Shown in pieces: positions 28,901 to 36,029 of a stretch of 64,000 nt of DNA (position 1 is the first letter of the stretch; every line of letters begins with the position of its first letter). A program made the translations under genes and the position numbers. Where the stretch lies: positions 124,001 through 188,000 of the IMG/VR virus record IMGVR_UViG_3300043449_002710. One strand, given 5' to 3'. The notes under the pieces were generated by a model. That model saw only the letters and a program-made list of their open reading frames with translations. It did no database searches and had not been told where the DNA came from.

Positions 28901-29035
28901 GGAATCAAACAAGCGGCTCAAAACGCCCAAGGCTTTTTAGGAAGCTTTCATTCTCGAAGCGGGGGAGGCAGTAGTGCAACCCCCAATCGAGGCAATCAGA
29001 TTTCTATCGCCAAGTATCGTGGCTTTTCCAAATAA
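25931..29035 (+). CDS. terL: Large terminase subunit with intein
   Basis: LLPWQ, Walker A GQRSGK/S split by intein, RGRT..AIDE Walker B, ASSP, RNase H-like LALD...YDRWQS...DDLFRA. Confidence 0.9.
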   Translation: MMRKSKKFLNPEDLLSQIISSDFDLSQFDQIDESHIPQPPNFIDWITGRDFCNATLLPWQVEAGMHLFSDYCPECSNPEYITELFDESMAEILDNIQFLDQGVCPKCKKNRLDLFTLGEKHPTKPSIKSEFIGNLGQRSGKTLAEHTEVLTPQGPVAIKDIQIGDIVYGWNRDGSVSETKVVNKFDHGIKPVRDLISRGRVLASCTDEHRWLTCRTSRYGKGTRKQRKSDFLELKLKDFKDNKDIAIHRKLIKIPCGEVSEPHAYAIAALLGDGCSRQGTSNTIDISSGDQNVPKKVASVLGAQTIKRNWEDNYTWHIRAGDTYSRETLNCHYYAEWCKGKYAHEKICDLETIKTWDRESCLEFLAGLIDTDGSVHGTGRLIVAFGCQSRSVVEAFAYLVYRLFQYKPAIHMDNRPKYFNGPIYQAKVNSTFFAKRILKEIDPYLASPNRKWKPEYEMIGNHNSHSDYTKPQAGEPYLCQTYDIEVGNETNLYVLAHEGLITHNSKMVALSTSYQLNRWLSLHDPLGFYGLPRMEVILGTFSALSAEQAEENLWMPFKGLIDASPWFKKYNDFLKSEEKRLSIPLCDVKDTYMFYPHKRLLISFTGSDDRKKRGRTRLFGAIDEIAFLNSEVGTSKKKVMDADKNYAALNNSLSTIRQKALMRLAEGHFNTIMPIMYNASSPYNVQDKIMRLTKSAPDNPFAVVIHRATWESNPDYSEKTCRAINPGLSQVEFERDFGAIPPFSDSPYIGDARVMEKLCAHKDHYRPLLNVTREVHVDMLGDKYLFLRAKAHQLDKNTPRLLALDNGYNQNAFGAAIFGYDSIQKKPVLQFLVSLYPDPQSNLSIHFPSMFENFILPIIQGLNIKHVFYDRWQSLDQIQRLRDMKINAEAHSLSFEKDMLPFKQQLLSGNMVLPPLEIASMQEVKDAVNPTQMTTDKPVANLIWQTLTVRQVGKKVLKPLDGDDDLFRAFVLGGSRFLSDEIQRIYATYAGIKQAAQNAQGFLGSFHSRSGGGSSATPNRGNQISIAKYRGFSK
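26354..27442 (+). mobile_element. Intein (363 aa) with LAGLIDADG homing endonuclease, Thr at position 1
   Basis: TLAEHTEVLT (block A), CTDEHRW (B), ALLGDG and LAGLIDTDG, TYDIEV (F), ITHN/S (G). Confidence 0.92.
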
Positions 29036-29054
29036 CCAACCCAAGGAATAAAAA

Positions 29055-30122
29055 ATGAAACTATTTTACAGTCTTTTGCTTCTATTCGTGTCTGTTCAAA
29101 GCTTAGCGGATGTTCGGTTTGTGAAAGTGTCCAATCAAGGCAAAGCTCTTCCAGATGATGCTTCAGAATGGAGCTGCGTCTATGATCGAAAAAATAAACT
29201 GATGTGGGAAGTAAAGACCAACGACAAGGGCCTGCGCGATGCTATCTGGACTTACACTTGGTATGACTCCACTCAGTCAAAAGAAAAACAGGGAACCAAA
29301 GTCGATCTAAAATCCAGAACTCAATGTTTTAACCCAGGCAACTGCAACACCGAGTATTATGTCAATGCGGTGAATAAAGCCGGTCTTTGCGGTTTCAACG
29401 ACTGGCAGCTTCCTTCTCAAACCAACACCATCCGTGATGGCTCCCACCAGGGGGCTTTAGATAGCCTGATCAATTGCCCGGGTGGGTATAGCGACAACTG
29501 GGTTTATTACTACTATTGCCTCGACGCTCAGAAATATAAACCGAATCTTCTCGATCAGAGGTTCTTTATCAACCTCGATCGGGCCACTCGTGAAAATGTA
29601 GGATATCAGTATTTCAGTCCCTACTACTGGTCCCGCCATGTTTATGATGGGAACGATAAATATACTTGGTGGGTCAACATTGAGACAGGTGGACTCACTC
29701 AAGGGGATCAGAGTTTAGCCAACCATGTTCTTCTGTCCCGCAATGCTCCGAATTTCAATGACACGATTCCCCCCACTCCCCCTGCTCCACCCACAACACG
29801 ACGAGCTTGTGTGATCCCGGCAGACACTACTGCGCTTTGTAAAGAGAACGGAATTTCCACTTTCACTTTAGCGAACGCCTCGGTCAATAACGGGGCTGTT
29901 TGCGAGAGTTACTCGACTGGCAACTTGGCCATCGCTGGAAAATCTTTTCAATGCGCTGATGGAAACTGGAATATGGTCGGCAGCAATTCCTACTGTGAAG
30001 TCACTAAAAACAATTACTACAATGGCTACTGCACTTCAAAATATGTAACCAACGGATTTTCTTGTTTTGAAAATAAAGAAGTCTATCGCTGTGTGGGCAA
30101 CAAATGGGTCTTGCTGAAATGA
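29055..30122 (+). CDS. Secreted DUF1566 (Lcl C-terminal-like) protein with Cys-rich tail
   Basis: Signal peptide; CVYDRKNKLMWEVK, LCGFNDWQLPS, YWS; Pro linker then Cys-rich domain. Confidence 0.75.
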   Translation: MKLFYSLLLLFVSVQSLADVRFVKVSNQGKALPDDASEWSCVYDRKNKLMWEVKTNDKGLRDAIWTYTWYDSTQSKEKQGTKVDLKSRTQCFNPGNCNTEYYVNAVNKAGLCGFNDWQLPSQTNTIRDGSHQGALDSLINCPGGYSDNWVYYYYCLDAQKYKPNLLDQRFFINLDRATRENVGYQYFSPYYWSRHVYDGNDKYTWWVNIETGGLTQGDQSLANHVLLSRNAPNFNDTIPPTPPAPPTTRRACVIPADTTALCKENGISTFTLANASVNNGAVCESYSTGNLAIAGKSFQCADGNWNMVGSNSYCEVTKNNYYNGYCTSKYVTNGFSCFENKEVYRCVGNKWVLLK

Positions 30123-30123
30123 G

Positions 30124-30212
30124 TGGTGCCGAGGATCGGAGTCGAACCGATACGTCCCTTGCGAAACTCAGGATTTTAAATCCTGTGCGTCTACCAATTT
30201 CGCCACCCCGGC
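30124..30212 (-). tRNA. tRNA-Leu (anticodon TAA), CCA encoded
   Basis: GCCGGGG acceptor, TGGTAGA D loop, CAGGA-TTTAAAA-TCCTG anticodon arm, long variable arm, GTTCGA, ACCA. Confidence 0.95.
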
Positions 30213-30242
30213 ACTAAGTTAGTGCATAACATTATTTTGGCA

Positions 30243-30845
30243 TTATTTGGGCAGATTCTCTTCGATGAAAGCGTAGCGATCAAAGATTTTAAGAAGCTGT
30301 GCCGCCGCCTTGATTCTTCCAAAATCAAGGTGGAGGTCCTTCTTTTCCAATAAAGACAAAATATCAATCTTGTCTTTGGGTCTGAAGCTCAAGAGTTTGG
30401 TGGCGATCAATTCCTCGGGAGCAATAATGGAGATCTGTACTCCCAAAAAATCCTGGCTCTGCGCGTGATCCAAAATGTCTTTTTGAAACTCTTTGCTCTG
30501 GAACTGAAGCACATCGAGTTTAAAACCACCACGTTCAAAATGATGGATGTTGATCCCTTTAAAATCGTTGATGCCAGTTTGAACAAACCCGTTCTTTTTA
30601 AGTTCTGACGCCACTTCTGGTAAACGGTCGGTTGCAACCGTGATGTCAAAATCGTGAGTGGCTCTGGGTTCAGCATAGTACCCAATGACAAAGCCCCCGA
30701 GAAGAACCGGATTAAAAGGTTTGAGAATCTGAAGCGCGGAGTGAGCGCCCTCAAAGAGAGTAGTTGCGGAAACATAACCGCCTTTGCTTTTACGCAACTC
30801 GTGGGTAGCTTCAACGATCCAAAAAAGTTTTTTCAAACTCTCCAT
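30243..30845 (-). CDS. Pol-beta-superfamily nucleotidyltransferase (AbiEii/DUF6036-like)
   Basis: LLGGF....Y..PRATHDFD; LDV; ELIATKL...RPKDKID. Confidence 0.8.
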   Translation of the reverse strand: MESLKKLFWIVEATHELRKSKGGYVSATTLFEGAHSALQILKPFNPVLLGGFVIGYYAEPRATHDFDITVATDRLPEVASELKKNGFVQTGINDFKGINIHHFERGGFKLDVLQFQSKEFQKDILDHAQSQDFLGVQISIIAPEELIATKLLSFRPKDKIDILSLLEKKDLHLDFGRIKAAAQLLKIFDRYAFIEENLPK

Positions 30846-30941
30846 ATCTCAATTCTAACACACTTCGGTAAGTATTTGAATTATTTGATTTTAGGTGAAG
30901 CCTTTTCAAAAGCCAGCGAAAGCGGTGTTATTTTTAAGGGT

Positions 30942-31286
30942 ATGAGCAAGCCTTTGACTAAAGACGAGATTTTCAAAAAGCTGATGAACCGTTACAAAGA
31001 AAAGGACTCAAAAATTTTGAAGGAAGTGGCGTACAATCTTTGCTTGGCTTCCACAACTGAAGCCTCGCTTGAAGAAAGAGCGTCTCGCGCTTTGAATAGA
31101 ATTCAAGCTACGCCCAGACCGCAAGAGCCGTTGAAGCAAATGGCAGCCAAGCAGCATCAGAACAAGCTCAGTGTTTGTGGGATCTGCAAGATGCCGATGA
31201 AAACGGTAAAATTACTAGAGGATCGTTCCGCTTATTACTGCCCTGACCATCGAGTCACCGTGCCGTTCCCTAAGGACGAGGAATAA
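30942..31286 (+). CDS. Small zinc-ribbon protein upstream of portal (start corrected)
   Basis: MSKPLTK after GTTATTTTTAAGGGT; CGIC...YYCPDH. Confidence 0.7.
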   Translation: MSKPLTKDEIFKKLMNRYKEKDSKILKEVAYNLCLASTTEASLEERASRALNRIQATPRPQEPLKQMAAKQHQNKLSVCGICKMPMKTVKLLEDRSAYYCPDHRVTVPFPKDEE

Positions 31287-31287
31287 A

Positions 31288-33543
31288 ATGTTTAAGTTTG
31301 GAAAATACGCGACTCCTAAGGGTCCTTATCAAAAATATCAAGACCCCTTGAGTTATGTCTCTAGCTCGGTAGCGAACAAAGGCTCTGTTGCAACCGCCAG
31401 CAAAAAGACACGCATTCAATCGAACTACACACCTACCCTTAGCGGAACTGATCCCAACAGTTCTTTCACCTCGGGTGGGGCGAATATTGGTGGGGGCAAC
31501 GGCGGATACAACTCGGATCGCTACAATCCGGTCTTTGATAATCTTGAGGAAGGAACAATCCTAGAGGATTGGATACCGAGAGACGCAGCCGGGCTAGATC
31601 TCTTATACCGCCGCATCTATTTGCGTGACCCAACGCTCGGCCCTGGGATTGATATCATCCGAAATTTGCCTTGGTCTGATTTCACTTTAGAAGGGATCGA
31701 GGACAACGAAATAAAAAAGATTTACGAAGAATGTATGTCTTCGCTCAATCCCATGCTTCTCATGCCTGATATCACGCATGAGTTTTTGGTTTTGGGTCGG
31801 TCCATCTCCTCTCTTATCTTTGACCATAAGCGTGGCATCTTTTCAGGCGTGGTTCCCCATGACCCAGACTTCGTGAGAATCACTCCGGTTCCAGTTTATG
31901 GATTTGACCCGATGTGCGATTTCACCTTGTCGCCTGGGTTTAAAAAGTTTCTTCAGAGCCAAGACCCTAGAGCCGTCGATGCTCGAAAGTCTTTGCCCCC
32001 CTCGTTCTTGGAAGCAGCCGCCAATCAACAAGGGTTCTTGCCGCTCGATCCGATCTCCACGATCTACCTTTCACGGAAAGCCGCGCCAAACGATTCGATT
32101 GGAACCAGCATCCTGACCCGCACTCTTTATTTTTGGGCGATTGAAAAAGCGCTGTTGAACGCCCAGCTTTCGTCCACTCGAAGACGAGCCCGCTCCTTCA
32201 TTCATTTGAAAGCCGGGATCGACAATATGTGGGAGCCTTCCCCAGAGGAGATCGACGCCCTTGCAGGCATTGTGATTCAAGCCAATGAAGATCCTGTGGG
32301 CGGAGTCATTGCCACCCGTACCGGAGTTGAGATCAGTGAGCCTGTGAGTGGTGGAGCGGATTTTTATAAATGGAGCGATGAGCTGGAACTTTTCGCAAAA
32401 TACAAAATGCAGTGTATCGGGATCTCCGATGCACTTTTAAGTGGAGACGCAACCTACGCAAATGCGGATCAAGCTCGATCTGTTTTTGTGGAAAATTTAG
32501 CTTCTCTCCGCTCTAGGATTGTGAACAAGTTTTTCATGCAAAAGCTTTTTCCTGTCGTGGCACGAGTCCATGGATTTGTAAAAAGAACGCCTGCTGAATT
32601 GAGTCATCGGATTCGAACTACTTCTGCCTTTGACGGCCCTCGGTTCCCAAGCTGGGCTCAAACGACGATGATCACATCTGAAAAACTCACTCAGCGCAAG
32701 GTCATGAGCTTACCGATCGAAAACTTAATGATCCCTACGATCAACTGGGCTAAGCAGCTTAAGCCCACCCAAGATGAAAAGGCTTTAGAAATTTTGGAGC
32801 GGCTCAAACAAAACGAGTACCCGGTGACTCTCAGCCAGTGGGCGAGCGCTGCGGGCTTAAACCCTAAAACAATCGAGCAAGAGCAAAAAGACAATCTCGA
32901 TCTTCAGAATCGAATTCAAAAGCTTCAAGAAGCCATGGCCCCGCAAGAGGCCGAGACTAGCGACTCGGGTGAAGATTTGGGAATGGATATTCCAGAAGCT
33001 TCCGACGAACAGCCTGCAGGCGAAGAGGCTCCCGCTGAAGAACCTGTCCAGCAATCGGTTTACGCTAAGGCTAAAAGAATTGCCAAAGGCGGACCTGTTG
33101 CAAGAATTGATCAAATCGCGATTTGGAACCATGGTAAATGCGGTGGATTGAGTAAAAAAGACGCTCAAAAAGTGACCAGTTCTTTATTGAAGGATTCCAA
33201 TCCTGGGATCTTTAAAGACCCAAGGGCCTTGTTGAATAAGCTTCAAGACAAAGTGGGTTCTGAGCGGGCTCCGATCCTAGCTTATGTACTGAATCGGTTG
33301 GGGTTGACTTCTTTCATGATTGATTCGAAATCGGCTCAAGTCATTGCCAAGTCGGCAAGAGATAATCTGAACCGGTATTCGTCTTTTTCTAGTGAGAAAG
33401 CTATGCTCGATGTCAGGCGTTACGAGACAGAGATTCAGGCTCTTTCTCGATACGCAGAAAAAATGCGTTTGAATCAGAGTCAGTTCAAGGCAAAATTGGC
33501 ACCGCCCCCGAGCATTGATTCTAAAGTTATGGGTGGCTATTAA
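31288..33543 (+). CDS. Portal protein
   Basis: YRRIY.RDP..G..IDI...LPWSDF, EFLVLG, IGISDALLSGDATYAN pattern; near terL. Confidence 0.78.
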   Translation: MFKFGKYATPKGPYQKYQDPLSYVSSSVANKGSVATASKKTRIQSNYTPTLSGTDPNSSFTSGGANIGGGNGGYNSDRYNPVFDNLEEGTILEDWIPRDAAGLDLLYRRIYLRDPTLGPGIDIIRNLPWSDFTLEGIEDNEIKKIYEECMSSLNPMLLMPDITHEFLVLGRSISSLIFDHKRGIFSGVVPHDPDFVRITPVPVYGFDPMCDFTLSPGFKKFLQSQDPRAVDARKSLPPSFLEAAANQQGFLPLDPISTIYLSRKAAPNDSIGTSILTRTLYFWAIEKALLNAQLSSTRRRARSFIHLKAGIDNMWEPSPEEIDALAGIVIQANEDPVGGVIATRTGVEISEPVSGGADFYKWSDELELFAKYKMQCIGISDALLSGDATYANADQARSVFVENLASLRSRIVNKFFMQKLFPVVARVHGFVKRTPAELSHRIRTTSAFDGPRFPSWAQTTMITSEKLTQRKVMSLPIENLMIPTINWAKQLKPTQDEKALEILERLKQNEYPVTLSQWASAAGLNPKTIEQEQKDNLDLQNRIQKLQEAMAPQEAETSDSGEDLGMDIPEASDEQPAGEEAPAEEPVQQSVYAKAKRIAKGGPVARIDQIAIWNHGKCGGLSKKDAQKVTSSLLKDSNPGIFKDPRALLNKLQDKVGSERAPILAYVLNRLGLTSFMIDSKSAQVIAKSARDNLNRYSSFSSEKAMLDVRRYETEIQALSRYAEKMRLNQSQFKAKLAPPPSIDSKVMGGY

Positions 33544-33881
33544 GCGCTCAGGACCATTTTTTCAAAGATATCAACATCAAAGGGTTTATACAGACAAGGA
33601 TAGTTATAAAGATGAACATAGCGACAGTGTTCGGGTGACATTGCCGTCACACAGATCACAGGCGCTTTTTGTGTTTTTTTGTATTCTAAAAGGAATTCAG
33701 CCCCAGAAATTCCTGGCAAAATCAGGTCTAAAATAATCAGATCAAAAGATTCTTCGGTTAATCTTTGTAACGCTTCTTCAGCCGAATTGGCTTCTGAAAC
33801 TTCATAACCCAAGTGCCAAAAGTAGGCTTTAAATGTGTATTGAGCCCCTTTTTCGTCCTCTATAATTAAAACTTTTTTCAT
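33540..33881 (-). CDS. Single-domain response regulator (CheY-like)
   Basis: VLIIEDE, LIILDLILPGISG, VTA, KPF. Confidence 0.9.
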   Translation of the reverse strand: MKKVLIIEDEKGAQYTFKAYFWHLGYEVSEANSAEEALQRLTEESFDLIILDLILPGISGAEFLLEYKKTQKAPVICVTAMSPEHCRYVHLYNYPCLYKPFDVDIFEKMVLSA

Positions 33882-33958
33882 ACTCTTCTCCCAAAATAAG
33901 CGTTAAGGGAGTCTTATAGGAATATTAAGGAAAAGAAAAATTAATTTTACAAAGCGCG

Positions 33959-34195
33959 TTAATTTAGGCGTTTATCCTGTAAGAGCTTTACTACTCCAGT
34001 TCGAATATCCTCAATGATCGTTTTCGGGCTATAAAGCCCAGCAGCATGGATAGCTCTGGCTAAAATTTCAATTTCTTCCCGATGCTTCTTGGGGTCAAAG
34101 GGATTAATCACCCCGCGCCAAAGCTCGGGCTTTTCTAGGAGCCATTGGATTCTTTTTTGTTTAGCCAGATTCGAATTCCCACCTTTAGATGACAC
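33959..34195 (-). CDS. Small hypothetical protein
   Basis: Coupled ORF. Confidence 0.5.
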   Translation of the reverse strand: MSSKGGNSNLAKQKRIQWLLEKPELWRGVINPFDPKKHREEIEILARAIHAAGLYSPKTIIEDIRTGVVKLLQDKRLN

Positions 34196-34392
34196 TAAGC
34201 CCCCAACTCGTTTAAATCCTCAATCATATCGAGCATCCGGTCACACATACCAGATAAGAACGCCAAAGACCTGAGTTCCTCTGAATCTAGAGGATCGTCT
34301 TCGTCCAAGGCATCTTTTGCTTCGAGTATTTTTTCTTTAAATTGGATTACGAGTTGTTGCCACTTTAATCTGAGTTCCAAAGTAGTTTTCAA
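34195..34392 (-). CDS. Small hypothetical protein
   Basis: Coupled ORF. Confidence 0.5.
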   Translation of the reverse strand: MKTTLELRLKWQQLVIQFKEKILEAKDALDEDDPLDSEELRSLAFLSGMCDRMLDMIEDLNELGA

Positions 34393-34637
34393 GAGTTCAG
34401 GATTCCTTCCGCCACCACTTCAGTTGCAACGACGATGTCTTGTGGGAGATCTTTTCGTTTCTTAAACCGATCCCGACAATGCAGGGCAAATCGATAGCAT
34501 CGATTCCTTTCAGCGAATTTGGCTTTTTGCGCCGTCTCGTTGAGAGCTGTAGAAACAATTTTTTTAATCTGCCTTAATTGTTTCTCGTCCAATCGAGTTA
34601 ACATCTGAATCTTTGCGATCAAGTCCTTTGAGAGCAT
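34389..34637 (-). CDS. Small hypothetical protein
   Basis: Coupled ORF. Confidence 0.5.
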   Translation of the reverse strand: MLSKDLIAKIQMLTRLDEKQLRQIKKIVSTALNETAQKAKFAERNRCYRFALHCRDRFKKRKDLPQDIVVATEVVAEGILNS

Positions 34638-34691
34638 AAGGATATCCAGTCGGAAACTTTTTCTTTATTGAAAAGGATATCTGGCTTGAAG

Positions 34692-35693
34692 TCAATTTTT
34701 TTGGATAAAATATTGAAGATCTTGAATCACTTCCAAGGGGCAATCACCTGGGTCCATTTTAGCATCAGAATCGGTTGGATCTGATAGATATCGAGTGAGA
34801 TTGGCGTCTTGAACTTCAAATCCAAACTCTTTGAATGCAGCAGCATAACGAGGCGTCTCTTCCCTGCCTGGGTTATCCGCATCTAACGCCAAGATGACTC
34901 GCGTGCAGCCTTTGGAGAGAATCTGAAGAATCTTTTGTTTTGTAAGTTGGCCCAAACCTAAAACAGCAATAGCTGGGAGCCCAAAAGACCTAAAACGCAA
35001 ACAATCGAAAGGGCCTTCAACAATGATCACCCAGCGCGGGTTTTTTTCGTAATTAAGACAGTACCAATGTTTCTGAGCTGGAAAGCCTTCTGAATTGAGA
35101 TACTTGTATTTGTTCGGGATATCACTATTTTCGCCACGGGCTGCGACATGGCCAACCAGCTTTTGACTCAAATCGTGCAGAGGAAACCAAAGCCGGTATT
35201 CTTCGGCCATCCGGTCCCAGTAGGCCTCGCAGCCGACCGATTGCAAAAATGAAGCTGTCAGCCCACGCCAAGACTCTTGCCAAGGCCCTTCTGTAATAGG
35301 TTTTTTGTAGGCGTTGTTTTGTTGAACTTTGTCTAAAGCTTTCAGATCCGTTTTGAGCTGAAGGAAAAGATTGTCGGGCTGGTTTTCGTGCTTCTTTTGC
35401 TCCCAAAGGTCTAGGCTAAGCTTGGAGGCAAGCTTGTTCCAGCCACCATGCTCTAGGCAGCTCCAGCACCGAAACCCACCTACTGAAACCCTCCCGGGAA
35501 TGTTTTGAAGCGCAATCCCAAGAGATGGGTTGTGGTCGTCATGAAAAGGACAAAGAATCTTGGCCTCAGTGGGTTTGGACAAATCCACTGCGGGTAAACG
35601 AGCAAGTTGTTGTCGAATAAAGCTGACTTTATCCATCGGATAATACAGATGTCCTTGTGAGGCAGCCATCCCATGAAAGACAGGCTTGCGCAA
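34692..35693 (-). CDS. DNA primase (CHC2 zinc finger plus TOPRIM)
   Basis: CPFHDDHNPS..CWSC; KYLNS; IVEGPFD; LDADNPG; DPGD. Confidence 0.9.
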   Translation of the reverse strand: MRKPVFHGMAASQGHLYYPMDKVSFIRQQLARLPAVDLSKPTEAKILCPFHDDHNPSLGIALQNIPGRVSVGGFRCWSCLEHGGWNKLASKLSLDLWEQKKHENQPDNLFLQLKTDLKALDKVQQNNAYKKPITEGPWQESWRGLTASFLQSVGCEAYWDRMAEEYRLWFPLHDLSQKLVGHVAARGENSDIPNKYKYLNSEGFPAQKHWYCLNYEKNPRWVIIVEGPFDCLRFRSFGLPAIAVLGLGQLTKQKILQILSKGCTRVILALDADNPGREETPRYAAAFKEFGFEVQDANLTRYLSDPTDSDAKMDPGDCPLEVIQDLQYFIQKN

Positions 35694-35704
35694 CCCCTAA
35701 GGCT

Positions 35705-35959
35705 TCACCAGCGCCTCAAGGGGCAGGATTCGCGTTCTTTGCCCACCTTGGCTGCAACTAGACATCCGCAGCGATTACAGGCCTCTTGAGATGGATTAAA
35801 ATAAGGACAGGATCGGCAAAGACCAATCCTTCTTTCCGTTAACTCCAAGGCCGAAGGGGCTTGTCCTGACTCTAAAGCCAACCGCCGAGCCGAAGCCGCA
35901 TTTAAAGCAGGTACAGAAGATAAAGGCGCAGTCTTGCGCCCCCCACAGCAATAACCCAT
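35705..35959 (-). CDS. Small Cys-rich protein (DUF6171-like)
   Basis: R...CRSCP...CNRCGC..K...CPLRRW. Confidence 0.6.
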   Translation of the reverse strand: MGYCCGGRKTAPLSSVPALNAASARRLALESGQAPSALELTERRIGLCRSCPYFNPSQEACNRCGCLVAAKVGKERESCPLRRW

Positions 35960-35969
35960 TTGAACCTCA

Positions 35970-36010
35970 AAAAAGAAAGGGTAGGTGCCCGAAAGCACCT
36001 ACCCCCCATT
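35970..36010 (-). terminator. Rho-independent terminator
   Basis: GGGTAGGTGC-CCGAAA-GCACCTACCC with U-tract on minus strand. Confidence 0.85.
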
Positions 36011-36029
36011 TTACCGATTCGCCAATAAA

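Noticed and set aside
29055-30122. Possible DGR target (DUF1566)
   Set aside because: No template repeat or reverse transcriptase seen in the window.
30654-30941. N-terminal extension of ORF 30654..31286
   Set aside because: Overlaps the antisense NTase gene; motif-linked ATG at 30942 is the better start.
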